64,000 nucleotides of DNA, taken from Felis catus. Lineage: Eukaryota. The stretch is from positions 18,602,001-18,666,000 of the forward strand of contig NC_058368.1 in the NCBI RefSeq assembly GCF_018350175.1, in the 5' to 3' direction. Positions 25,426 to 37,840 of the stretch are shown in pieces (positions within the stretch are counted from its first letter, which is position 1; every line of letters starts with the position of its first letter). The position numbers were made by a program, and so were the translations under genes. Under the pieces are notes generated by a model. The model saw nothing but the letters and a program-made list of their open reading frames with translations, had not been told where the DNA came from and searched no databases.

Positions 25426-28400
25426 GGCAGTGGTAGTGGGGTCACGGTTAGTACCATTCAGTTTCACGAAGATACCCTTTTCAGGTACCCATGCCCTGTT
25501 CCCCCAAGTAGATTTTACCCTCCAAAGGAGCCGTGCAAGTCTGTCAGATTAGCCCGACCGAAACAACGCCAGAATCTGGTCTCTTATTCTGAGCTGTGTG
25601 TGTGCAAGACAGCGTGAAGAGCCCGATTAAGGTGCTCAAGCCAGGATTCCCATTCCATGGTCCCTTCCATTCCAGTGCCAGAAATGAAGCGGCGGACCTC
25701 CCCGTGGCCCAAGGCAGACTTGCAGGAGCGCCATGGGAGCATCACAACCAGTGGGCCCGGGGTTAGCGGAGGGCACAGTCATTCACGGCTAGCACCGTGG
25801 AAGGAGAGGCAATTTACCAGACAGTCCTGACAAAATGACTGAATGGATCCCAGAGACACTGAGCCCGGGTACATCCCTCATAAATCACAGCTGAAGGACA
25901 AGTGCAGATGACCATGGTTTGTACAAGTATCTCTGGTCTGGGACAAGGGGTCCAGAGGAAACAACCCGCTGCCCAGCCAGGGGAGAAGAGAAGGGCCGAG
26001 GCAATCAGATGTCGTCCAGGCAGATAGGAGTCAGGGTCTGTGGCAAGACTGAGCCAGAGGCATGAAGACAGACTCTGAAAGGCAGGCCGGATGCAGTGTT
26101 GGGGCCAAGGCTGACTTTTGTTAGGAGAGCGCCAAACCTGGAAACGAAGCCAGGAGAGAAGTAAACATGTGAAGAGAACAACTGCATTCTTTCAGAGTGA
26201 GAGAGAAGGATTGAGAAAGAAGGACAGACAGGAAGACAAATGGAAGGAGAGACTGACCAACCGAAAGAGAGGGACTAACGGGCAGACTGGTCGACGGAGA
26301 CGGAGACTGACAGAGACAGAACAGACTAGCCTGGCTGGCTTTCCCTTCCTGGGTCCCACGCGTGGTGGACGCATGGCTGCGGAGTTGGGGAACGGCTCCC
26401 CGAGAAGGTGGGGCAGGGGCTGGGCATTACGCAGCGGGGGGACCAGATGTCAGGAGAGGGGGGCCCCGAGAGTCAGAGCTTTCCTTCAAACTTCCCAACA
26501 GTTTCTTGAACATAATTATAGAAGCAACGCAGACTCCAGCCCAGCATCTTTGTTTTCCTTGTGCCATGCTGTTCTCAGGGCATCTGAGTCCTCAGCAAGG
26601 AACTGTCACATTCATTTCATTCTATAAGAAGACAGAAAGCTTTGATGGCATGCTGCTAAGAAAGCTGGAATCAGGATACAGATCTCCCAAATAGGATGAG
26701 TACTTTTTTAGGGTAGTTGTTCAGCAGAGGCAGGACAGTGGCTGATGTCACCACCCCAGTGTGAACAGCGCGCAAGCAGCCCTGCTCTCTGCTCCTGCCT
26801 TGGCCACAAACCAGCTCTGTGATCTTGGACAACTGACTTGACCTATCCGGAGATCTGTCTGTAAATTCACAAAACGAGGAGATTGAACTGGCTGTCTTTC
26901 AGGCTTGCTTGCGGTGCTGCTACCATTTTAGATTCTGTGGTTCCACAAACCCCTAGTTATTTATACATCAGGCTTTTTCGCAACACCTGAATAGTATTGC
27001 CAACTGTGTCAATAATATTTTATTTATTATATTACTATGAAGTGAATAGGTTATTTATCTTGTCCCAGGACAACTTGTACTTGAATACAATTTCAACATG
27101 CATAGTAAATCTCTCCTCCTGTGAACTCCAAAAGCATTTAAATCTAGACACCTCTTGGTACTCCCCACATTCTGCTTTAGGCTATGCTTATTCAGGAACA
27201 TGCCTTATTGTCCATTACTAGATGTTAAGCTCCCCAAACGCTACCTGGAAGCCCGGCTGCAAAGAGAAAGAACGGAGCTACCAAGGCCGCTTTCACCTTT
27301 GCAGGTCCAAGAGCATACGCGGCACGTTCAGTGCGTGTTTGTGGAGCAAACATCTATTTGGAAAGGATGCAAAACTTAAAAGGAATTCATCAAATGAGCC
27401 TAATGAAATCCCATCCTTGGCTGCCCCCACCCCAACACAGCAGCGCGGCTAACCTAACACCTTTGCCTAGAACTAATAAACATTGACCAACTTGAACGCA
27501 AATGGCCTCTAGCCTCAATGCTGCCGAAAAGTTTGGGAAGCCCACAGAATACGGACAAGAGATGTCGCTGCAGTGGGTCAGTGGGGAAAGAGGCGGTGGG
27601 ACGCTTTGAATTCCCAGTCATTGAACGTGTTTGCAAGATGCCTGAAGTTACACAAAAGCTAACGTTATAGGGACCTGACGGAACCAGATAGCGTCAGGTT
27701 GGCTGCCGAAGCATGTTTTCAGCCGAGAAGGTGAAAATGAGAGGAAAAACATAGGGGGAAGGGACAGAGAACAAAACTGTCTAGGGTCTTCTTAAGGCAA
27801 AGGTCCCTCCAACCATAGTTTCTAACCATCCTGCAAGAAAGTTTAGATAGGCACCCAGTGGTTCTAGTTCAACAAGATCTCCACCGTCCTTTTAACGCCC
27901 AGCAGGCTTCCTGACCCCATGTCCTCTGCCTCTTGCCTAATTCCCAAGGAAAGCGCAGCCCTCCCCCGACTCGCCAACCCAAGCTCTGAGTCCCTGTTAA
28001 TAACCTGCTTCCAAACAGTGCCTCTGTGTCCCAACTACCACACCTCCGCTTCCCACCTCCCCCACCTCTGCCCCACCTCCAGTCCTCACTCCCCTACCCA
28101 GCCTGGCCTGGGGACACTGGCCTCCCTTGTCACCCAGCAGTCCCCTGCACTTGCTGGGGTCAAAGGCCATCGGGGCACACTTCCTGTTTCTCCCCTTCCA
28201 CCTCAGCAGCCCTCGGCCACGCTGTCTCACATTCCAGGCACCCTTTCCCTCCCTCTTTGCCTTCTTCTTCCATTACTAATGCCCATTCTAGAAACTTGCT
28301 CAGTCGGGACTGTACTAGCGAGTGACTGAGGGTGTCCTGCACCACCCAAGTGCCCGCGAGTCTCGATCGTGTTATAGCTCAATTTCTGTTTGTGTTAGCT

Positions 28401-30439
28401 TGCTCGCTCTTTTACTTCCGTGTTCATTCACATTTACCGAGTTCACATTCTGCAGGAGGGAGGGAGGTTTACTCGACTGAGGCCGGACGCGGCCGTAAGG
28501 ATGGCCGGAGAGAGCCTTGAACCTGCCATTGCCGGACAGGATGCACTTAATCTCCAGCCTGCGGAGGGCACGGGGCTTGAAGCGAGCCTCTTTCCCAGCA
28601 ACTGCCCTCCAAGACAGGCCGCTCCACAGACTGCAAGGCTGCTCACTTCTGGCTGAAAAACTCCCGTGGCTGACTCTCTTGGAGGAGCAGGAAATGAGAC
28701 GCTGTTAACGAGTGGAACCGCTGTGAACCGTGCCAAGAATTCTATGCCACACGGTCGCAGCATGCTGGAACAGGCTGAAGAGGCCGGTCTCACCAAAGAG
28801 TTAAACCAAGGCCGCATCGCCAGGCCGTTAATGCCTCCTGCTTTCCGAGCTGACAGGAACAGGACGTTCTAAAATGGCTACACCCTTGAACCACAACTCA
28901 TCAATCACAGCGCGGAACATCGAGCTTGGGGCTCCGACCGGCTCCTGCAAACTCCCTCTCTCGCCTCTCTGCCAGGCTCCTGCTTTGTTACCAGGCTCCT
29001 CACTTGCTCTCCGGAAGCCAGAACCACTCTCGGGTCTCGTGTCCCGCATACCCGTGTCCCCCCCGCATTGGCCCGTGCGGCCCAGAGCGCCCACGAGCTC
29101 ACGGACGCCAGCGTGATCGCCCGGGTTGGCCACTGCTTATTCATCAGTCCTGCTAAGTGGCACGTGTTCGGGCTGCCACACAGGTCGCCTCAAAAACATC
29201 TGGCCGGCTGTGTACCTCCCCAGCGGCGTAGCAGTGCGCCCCTCTCTGCCCCTGTCTCCCTTCAGCCTCCGAGGAAAAGAAGTCCAGCCTCCCGCCTGGC
29301 ATTTCTTCCTTAGCTGCGTGGAAATCAATTTGCACCAGCCTTGCTTTGGCTGCTCTAAGCCGCCCCTCCCGGCGGCCCACTCGGCTCCTCGATTAGCTCG
29401 TCCCCATGTGTGCAGCCACAGCCCTTTCCGTCCTGACCCTGTCCCTTTCCCCGGCCTGCCACCTCTTCTCCTCATTTACCTCTCCGGGGCTCCTCCTGGA
29501 CCTCTGCGCACAAAGGCCCCGCCCCCTCTCTACCTTTTAAACGCGCTCTTTTGCCCACAGGTGCCTTCGGGCCCCCCACTTCCCTCCCACGTGCAATCAC
29601 CTGGCTTCTTGCTCACCTGGTGCCTTTCCCACCCTCTGGCTTTCGTGCCACGCCTTTCTTCCCGAGAGCTGCCTTCCGTCCAGGGACACATCCGCCCCAC
29701 CCAGGCTTCCTCTGACAGATACAGGGCAAGTCTTCTAAGCAGATAGTTTATATTTCAATAAGACGAACCCGGATTCCAAATGACCTCCCTGGCCGACGGT
29801 GAGCGCTCACCACGTGACTATCGCGGATCCACATTTTTCTCCAGCAGATGCCCCCTCCTTTCCTCTCTCCCCGACCCTGAACCCCCCACCTTGCCTTCTT
29901 CAGTGAGGTCATATTTACCTTCGGAGTGAGAACCCAGCATTTTCAGGAAATTGCCAGGACTAATACGATCTGCTCTTTGCCATGTATTTTCTTTGATTCA
30001 GCCACTGCTGCTGGTGCCCACCCAATTCCCACCCTCACCCGCCCTGCTCACACCGTGATGAGGACAGCTAGCGTTTACTGAGCCATGCCTGTGTGTCAGG
30101 CACTGCTCCAAGCGCTTTGCATATAAAATTCCCCGGGTCTGCCCTCTGCATCTTATTTTAGCTTCTTTAAACTCTTAACTCACAGGAGGAAAGACACCAA
30201 ACTGGGCAGAGGGGAAGAAGCCTTAAAATAACCAACGGGAACAATGTAAACATCTCTAGGTGTCCCAATTAGATGTTTTAGGATCTTTATTCCTTTAGGT
30301 ATAATTCCCACTCATTCAAGCTGGTACGTTCCTGGTTCTGAACATAGAAACTTGCTTTTAAATTAAGAAGTATTATTGCATTTTTTCAAGCTGCACATTT
30401 TGAGAGAGATCTCTGCATTTCCAATGGTAAATCTAGAGA

Positions 30440-30660
30440 ACACAGATTTGGAATAAGTGATACGTATGTTTAAGTCATGTCTCTGCCCATCACTAGCTTT
30501 GTGATTCTGGGTATGTTTCTTCAAGCTGCTGAACCTCAGTTTGCTCATTTATAAAATGAAAATAGTACAGACCTTGCAGATTTTTTTTTCCAATCATAAT
30601 AAGTGATGTGTGCAAAGTACTTATCACTGTGCCCAGCACCTAGTAGATGCTATGCAAATA
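30440..30660 (+). mobile_element. MIR SINE
   Basis: ctgaacctcagtttgctcatttataaaatgaaatagta...tgtgcccagcacctagtagatgc. Confidence 0.75.
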
Positions 30661-31058
30661 TCCCCTCATGTTCTAAAAATACTTATACTGTCTCGGTGCA
30701 GTGGGTGGATATGAAAGGCACAGATTTCTTTGCTGTCATATCTTCTTTTCTCGGTGCAAGGTCTCTCCCAGAAACCAAGGGGGATCTCTCCACATGACAT
30801 ACGAAAAAGAAATCACCTTGTCACAGCACACCAGGGGCAGCTTTAATAAGAAGCTAACAAATGTTATATATCATGCCCCAGGCAAATTGTAGGTCTGAAG
30901 TCTTACCCTCTGTCCCTCTTCCCCAACATCCTTCAGTGAGTTTACCTTGGGATCTTTAATAGGATTTGTCTTCTGGGTTGCTCATCAGGTTCAATGTCTT
31001 TTCGACCCCAGACAATGCAAGAATGCTCCCTGGGCACTTGAGAAAACCAGTTCTAAAG

Positions 31059-31293
31059 CAGTGATCCTCCAAGTGGACGACTGGTGGTCCATCTAAATGG
31101 TGGACCAATGGTGGATTGGTCACCTCCAAATGGTGATTGATGGACGAAATCATCTGGGAGCTTGTTAGAAATGCAAATTCTCAGGCCCTATGCTAGACTC
31201 ACTAAATCAGAAAGTCCAGGGGCAGGGCCCAGCAAACTGTGTTTTAACACTCCCTCAGGGTGATGTTGATGAAGATACAAGTTGAGAAGCAGT
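31059..31293 (+). mobile_element. MER5A hAT DNA transposon with locally expanded 5' end
   Basis: catctgggagcttgttagaaatgcaaattctcaggcccta...tgtgttttaacac...gttgagaagcagtg. Confidence 0.8.
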
Positions 31294-34200
31294 GGGTGAG
31301 ATATTAACATGGAAATTTCCTCCTAACAGAATGAGTGGTGAAAGTTCCAGCAATATGGCAGCAGATTAAAGACCACAACCTGGCGAGGTACACCTTTGGC
31401 TGCTTCCGCATGCAAGATCACTCAGCAGGGAAGGTGTCACCATGCCTCATCACAGAGAAGCATCACCCCTGCCCCCCCCACCCAGCCTCACTAGCATCTC
31501 TCCCTGCTGCTCCAGTCTAGAAGAGACCAGCACAACTGCAAACACCTGAGAGCCCAACCCAGGTGCACCTGCTATCGCTCAAACATAAGGTTTGGTATCA
31601 ACTCCCCCAAGGACCACCTGACTCATCCTGAGACTGGCGAAACACCTCCCACCTCCCCGCTTACTCTCATTCAGCGTTGAGTGGAAGAGATAAATTTAAG
31701 GTGCTGTCCGTCATCACACTGGCCACCCACTCTCTCAGGGGGACCTGTATCTTCCACAGCCCCGTGAGCCTCATTGACCAGAGAGCTGTGCTACAATTCT
31801 TTCAAATCAGCACCAGACCTCAGAACTCTGACTGTGATTAACAGCCCAAAGGATGCATCTCTCGCTCCCTCATTCCTCCATAGAAAAATGTTCCTTATCA
31901 AGATTGGGGATGACCTTTCACCCAAAGTCCAACGGACTCAACTGTCAGTAGCCCATTGCCTTCTGCCTCAAACCTAAACTACTAAGGACCTCTTCTTCCT
32001 CTGACGTACATGCCCTGTCCCCCCCTGGCCCTCGACATCACTGCCCGCCGTTTCACCTGATACTTCAGGTGGGAGAAAGTCACAGTCCAGGTTTAAAATT
32101 AGCCAGTAGCTATCCCAGCAGACCACAAGTTTCAGTGGAAATGAAGTTGTAAGGCTGGCCTAAGACGACATGAGGAAATTGTTAGAATGATTCTGTTATC
32201 AGAGTTGTTTTTTTTTAAGCAGGAAATTTAAAAACTAAAAATTATGGAATTGACAATACAGCTGAAAGGGAGTCATGGCCACCTTCTATTCCCTAATTTC
32301 TTCATTTCCCGCTAAGAATCTCTGCTGAGCCCTCTCTCAGCTTTTGCCTCAGTTCCATGAGCCACCAGTATCCTTCCAATGAATTAATTAAGGGAGCCCA
32401 AGCAGGTTTCTCTCACCTGCAAAGGACGCCCCATTATCAGAGCCCCCCTCGGCTCCCAGCTCCTCCTCAGACCTCCTCACAGAGCTCCTTTGTCCCTCGG
32501 TTAGATACCGCCTAGAATCCTTCACTCAACGTAGCTCCATATACTTATATGTGCACGACCACGTGGTGTCAGGAAAACCAGGCAGCATCAGAGGGACCTG
32601 CCTTCGAACCATCTGAACATTGCCTTTGCTGCTATTTAACTCTGTCACTGGGGGAAGTTATTAACTTACTCTCTGAACCCCAATGTTGTGGGGATAATAT
32701 ATCATTATAAAGAATAAGCAAACAGCAAACGTAAGGAGCTCAGTATACCCTCTGCCAACTACTGGGTACATACCCAGTGCTCCCAGCTTCCCTGTCCACT
32801 TGATATCTCCAGTTTGATTGTTCTTCTTGACTTATCCCTCGGTATCTAATCACTTAGTAGGCGTCCTTTGTCTGTAACGTCCTCTGCTGATGCTAGATCG
32901 TGATCCCAGCCGTTCCCTGTGGAACCTTTAGAATCTCGTTTAAACTACAGGAGCACTTTTAAGTTCTCTAATTACAGTATTATTGACTATAATTTTATTT
33001 GCTATGAGTCGTATTTGGAGCAAATGTCTCTAACTATATTTTTAAAAGCTTTGTTTTGGTTGCTATTCTATTAATATGCAGCTCCAGAAAAGCTAAGAAC
33101 TAGAAAAGAGAAAACTATAAGAAATCGGAAGCAGGATAAAATTCTATCCAAGTGTTTAATCACCCTTAGAGTCACGTTATTCTTAATGATGATCTAAATT
33201 TACCTTGCTACAATTTATTCTTATTTTCTGTCACACTCTACATTTTGCATAAAATACTTGGAGATAGTCTTTGAGCCACTTTTAAGCTTTTACCTACGGC
33301 ATTTTTGCACTCTTCTCATATCGGCTCACATTTATCAAAGGATAGCTACATACTAAGCACGAGGCTAAGCACTTCGCACAATTTTCTCCAGTAAATTCTT
33401 AGAATCATTCTGTGACTATCCCCTATATGTACTATGTAAACATTATCATTACGTCCACATTATGAATGAGAAAATGTTGAAGTTGACCAGGGTCGCCCAG
33501 CAAGTTAACAGATGGTGCCACCATTTGTACCTGGGTGGCCTGATGCCAGTATCCATGCCGCCTCAGAGATTCCAGTTCCCTAATTTTTGAGGATTTCATG
33601 ATTTTCCTGGGCTTTCTCCCACTTCTCTTCCTCCATCTTAACTATTCACCGCCACGTATGAGAACTATCCGGATGCTACAAATGGGCAAAAGGTCTTCGT
33701 GTCCGAGGGGACCCTGTTCAAAACACAGAAGCGCTCGTGGCGAGGCATTAAAAGAGTTTGACTTCGTGTAACTAAAGACTTGCCAGAGTTACTAGACAAA
33801 GATTGTGGCAGCAAAAACCCAAAGCTAAAGCTCATCACCGAAGAAACCACTGCTGGTAATTGAGAGTCACTCTGATCCGCTGAGTACCTGCAACATGCAA
33901 GGTGCCTTCTAACACCAGGTGTCCTGAAGCGTGGTGCTTGCAGATGAAGGAATGGCAATTCAGAGAGATTAAATGACCTGCCCACAGCCACACAGGGCAG
34001 ATCTGGTATCTGTTCTATTTTGCTCTCTAGTTTAGCCCACTGCCTGTGCTGTTTCCTGTTCTCATCTCAGTAGCTGAAGGGTTCTGGCCACGTATTCTCC
34101 AGAACCCAATGCAAAGGATGGTCGTTGACAACGGTCCTTGTCCACCCCAGGGGGCTGGGGGGACTGTGGGGGTGCACAGTCTCTTCCTGTGGCAAAAGGA

Positions 34201-34978
34201 ATTCGTTCGTGCCACATCGGCCCACCCACATATCAGCCTTGTACCGTTTCCACACATTTATTTGGTGAGTAGAAACCATATGTTTAACACCTTATATTTA
34301 TAGAAGGCTTTGCAGGTCATGGAGGCATTTTCAATAAGAAGCTCGGCTGAGGTTGGTAAGTTAGCAAAAGGCTTCTAATTCCTAATCTAGTACTCTCTTC
34401 CCATTTTGCTTTGCTATCTCTGGCAAAACATGTGCTGTCTGGAGAAAAACGGTCAAATAAAATGAAATTGTGTTGCAGTGGGTATTAGTAGAAACAAATT
34501 AAGATTTAACTTCTCCTATACCACGTGGGATCCTTTTTAGCCTTTTTACACCATGGTGAGGGGACAATCTACAAAGTATTTACTTAGAGTTACGTCCCCA
34601 AATCCAATTTGTGAAAACACAACTGCCATTGTGCCCCGTACGGCTTCCATCAAATATTGGACATTGAAAAAGTATGTATCCATGTGACTACAATGCACAT
34701 GATCACCCTTCCATTTGTCTTTCGTCCCGTGGGAGACCATGCTGAAAGGCTCATGGTGTCAGCTCGCACGTCAGTCTCCATGAGTAGAAGCAAGTAGCTA
34801 ACTAGCAGAGAAAAACAGAAACATTTTCAAGGGCTTACAAACATGGGATTCAAGTTTCTCTCCTGGGGGCCTTTGAAATCAAGGCCTCTCATCAAGCAGA
34901 AGAGAGTCATTGGCTTTCTCATTGGGGTCTATGGGCCGGGTCACGTGTTGGGTGTTCCTTCTGCTGAGATTGAGGAAA

Positions 34979-35109
34979 GAGCACTGCTTCAATGACATAA
35001 AAGGGAGTTTATCCATAGGAGGCATCCAAAATAGAAATGTTGCTGTAAAAGTAATTAGACTTGAGTTTAAAAGGATCAGTTTCTCATTAAGGGTTTCCCT
35101 CTAAGGCTT
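34979..35109 (+). repeat. Inverted repeat arm 1 (partner 36467-36597)
   Basis: Ungapped hand alignment to the reverse complement of 36467-36597: 113/131 identical. Confidence 0.93.
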
Positions 35110-36390
35110 TTTACAAGCTTAAAGCTTGAATCTAATCTCCAGTGTCAGCTGTGGAAGGAAGGGAGGCACAGATGCATATTCACATACTAACAAGTATGTG
35201 CCCTGGTTTCGCTGATAAAGCACAATAATGATTTCACTGTACATAGATATAAATATATGCTCGCCACCGCCATCTCCTCCCCACCCCTGCCACCACCCAC
35301 TGGAGATGGAGACCCTGGAGATCAAAAGCAAACTTGGCACTCATAAAAGCTGGAAGAAAACTCTTTAACCATGATTAGAATTAGAATTGGTTATTCCCAG
35401 CAGCCCCAAATGTCAACGGAAACCCTTCCCTTTCCTCATTCCTTGTAATTCAATTCCCTCTCGGCTTGTAGTGGATATGTATCTGGTCCTGTTCCGGGTT
35501 CGAGAATACAAAGATAGATAAGACCCATTCCTGCCCCATAGGAATGCAGAGCTCAAGCCGGGTTTCTCAAAGTGTGTACCAATCAGCACCCACACGGACC
35601 TAAGGGTTCCTGCCAAACAGTAGGAGTCAAGTCTAGTTTTCAGATCATGTGCAGAACCACTGAGTTTGAACTTAATCAGAAGCTCTAAGCGTGGGCTCAG
35701 GAATCTTTATACAAGTCCCCCCCGGTGATTTCTATGTACACAAAAGTAACAGACACCCTAATTTCAAATCATTTGTAAATAATTTGTGATTTTCTTCTGA
35801 TAAGTCTTGAAATTCCAGGCCATGGGTCACAAACCCATCTCTTAAGAGAGCAGAGACAACCATCTCCACGCTCTGAGATCTTTGCGGGGTGCTATGAAAC
35901 TGGACTCCTCCGGCTGATTACGGGAGGCCTTCTAGAGCCTCCCTCTTCTCAGTAAGTCTCTACACCAGCCATCCTCCACAAGGCCCCCACCTTGTTCACC
36001 AGTGGGAAGCATTCTGGGTGAGCAAAGGTTGAACATGTGCTAGAGTTGAACCTGGGTTTGGATCTCAGCACTTTCACTTCCTGGTTGTGAAACCACAGGC
36101 AGAGTACCAGGCCTTTGGTGTCCTTGTCAGTAAAATGAAGAAGGCTACAGTATCTAGCTCTCAGGATGACCAGGATTGGATGAAACAATGCATCCAGGAA
36201 GCACACATACGGGTTGGCATACATTAAGCATCGAATAAATGTTGTTACTGTCGTTACCAAAGTCCTTGGTGGAACTCATTTGGGTTAATGTCCCAGAGCT
36301 CAAAAAATCACCCCAAATTCACAACAGACTAGCTTTCTCCCTGAAAGAGACCTCAAAATCCATGACATGTAGACACACAACTCAGTGGAC

Positions 36391-36447
36391 AATGATCTAC
36401 TTCTAAACTGTGCCTTAGAGTCTGCAAATGATAAGATAGTATAATTT
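36391..36447 (+). repeat. Direct repeat copy 1 (copy 2 at 36616-36630 + 36880-36938, split by a SINE)
   Basis: Identical 27-mer ctaaactgtgccttagagtctgcaaat at 36403-36429 and 36893-36919, with similar flanks. Confidence 0.92.
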
Positions 36448-36466
36448 GTGGCTAATTTCCCTCATT

Positions 36467-36597
36467 AAGCCTTTGAGGGAAACCCTTAATGAGGAACTGA
36501 TCCTTTTATATTCAAGTCTAATTACTTTTACAGCACCATTTCTATGTTGGATGCTTCCCATGAATAAAGCCCATTTTGTGCCATGGATGAAGTGTTC
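36467..36597 (-). repeat. Inverted repeat arm 2 (partner 34979-35109)
   Basis: aagcctttgagggaaacccttaatgaggaactgatccttt... is the reverse complement of ...aaaggatcagtttctcattaagggtttccctctaaggctt. Confidence 0.93.
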
Positions 36598-36630
36598 ACA
36601 TGTAAGTGAGAGGAAAATGATATAACTTCT

Positions 36631-36671
36631 TTTTTTAATTTAAGTTTTTTTTAGAATGATTATTTGTTTAT

Positions 36672-36716
<45 letters not shown>

Positions 36717-36879
36717 AAGCAGGGGAAGGGCAGAGAGAAGGAGAGAGAGAATCCCAAGCAGGCTCCACACTGTCAGCGTAAAGCCCAATGTGGGGGCTTG
36801 AACTCATGAACCGTAAGATCATGACCTGAGCCAAGATCAAGAGTCAGACACTTAACCGGCTGCACCACCCAGGCACCCC
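36631..36879 (-). mobile_element. CanSINE
   Basis: Antisense SINE with long (GA)n; TSD aatgatataacttct / aatgacataactcct. Confidence 0.94.
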
Positions 36880-37179
36880 AATGACATAACTCCTAAACTG
36901 TGCCTTAGAGTCTGCAAATTAGGATAGTATAATAATTTAGGGAGGGTGAAAAGTGGGTCATATATAAATGAACATTTTTTCAAACTGAATTTACAAAATA
37001 CACGTGTACCACACCTAAAGCAAGCCAGATGTATAAAAATCTAGATTTATTATGCATGCCTTTATCCAAAGATAGACAGCTCCCTAAAATATTTAATGTA
37101 TCATTTTGTTTAAAAAAAAATCTTTATCCAAACACAAAATCTCAGGAGGGCATCTATTCCATCTATTCCATAGTCCAAA

Positions 37180-37291
37180 TAGGGTTACAAGGTTTGGCAA
37201 ATTAAAATAGACCCAGTTAAATTTGAATTTCAGATCAATAAGAAATAATTTGTCAGTATAAATATATCCCATGCAATATTTGGCAACCCTA
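37180..37291. mobile_element. MER53-like hAT MITE, internally deleted
   Basis: tagggtt...cccagttaaatttgaatttcagat...tcccatgcaatatttggcaacccta; terminal inverted ends tagggtt / aacccta. Confidence 0.75.
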
Positions 37292-37394
37292 ACTACAGAG
37301 CATGACTGTTTTTCACAGAAGTTCATGACTTTCATCCAATGTCAAAGTACGTTTTATGTTAGGAGGAAGAAAAACTGATTAGAAATGAACTCAT

Positions 37395-37628
37395 GGGGTG
37401 GCACCTGGGTGGCTCAGTCAGTTAAGCATCCAACTTCAGCTCAGGTCATGATCTCATGGTTTGTGAGTTCGAGCCCCATATCGGGCTCTGTGCTGACAGC
37501 TCAGAGCCTGGAGCCTGCTTCAGATTCTGTGTCTCCCTCTCTCTCTGCCCCTCCCACACTCATGCTCTGTCTCTCTGTCTCTCAAAAATAAATACACGTT
37601 AAAAATTAACTAATTAATTAATTAATTG
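37395..37628 (+). mobile_element. CanSINE
   Basis: SINE head and body, (TAAT)n tail. Confidence 0.94.
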
Positions 37629-37645
37629 AAGAAATGAACTTGTCA

Positions 37646-37840
37646 GGGTGCCTGGGTGGCCCAGTCAGTTAAGCGTTGGACTCTTGATTTCGGCTCAGGT
37701 CATGATCTCACAGTTCCTAAGTTCAAGCCCCACAATCAACTGTGCACTGAGAGCTTGGGATTCTCTCTCTCCCTCTCTCTCTCTCTGCCCTTCCCCCACT
37801 TGTGCTCTCTCTCCAATAAATAAACATTAAAAAAAAAAAA
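37646..37840 (+). mobile_element. CanSINE
   Basis: SINE head; TSD aagaaatgaacttgtca / aagaaatgagcttgtca. Confidence 0.94.
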
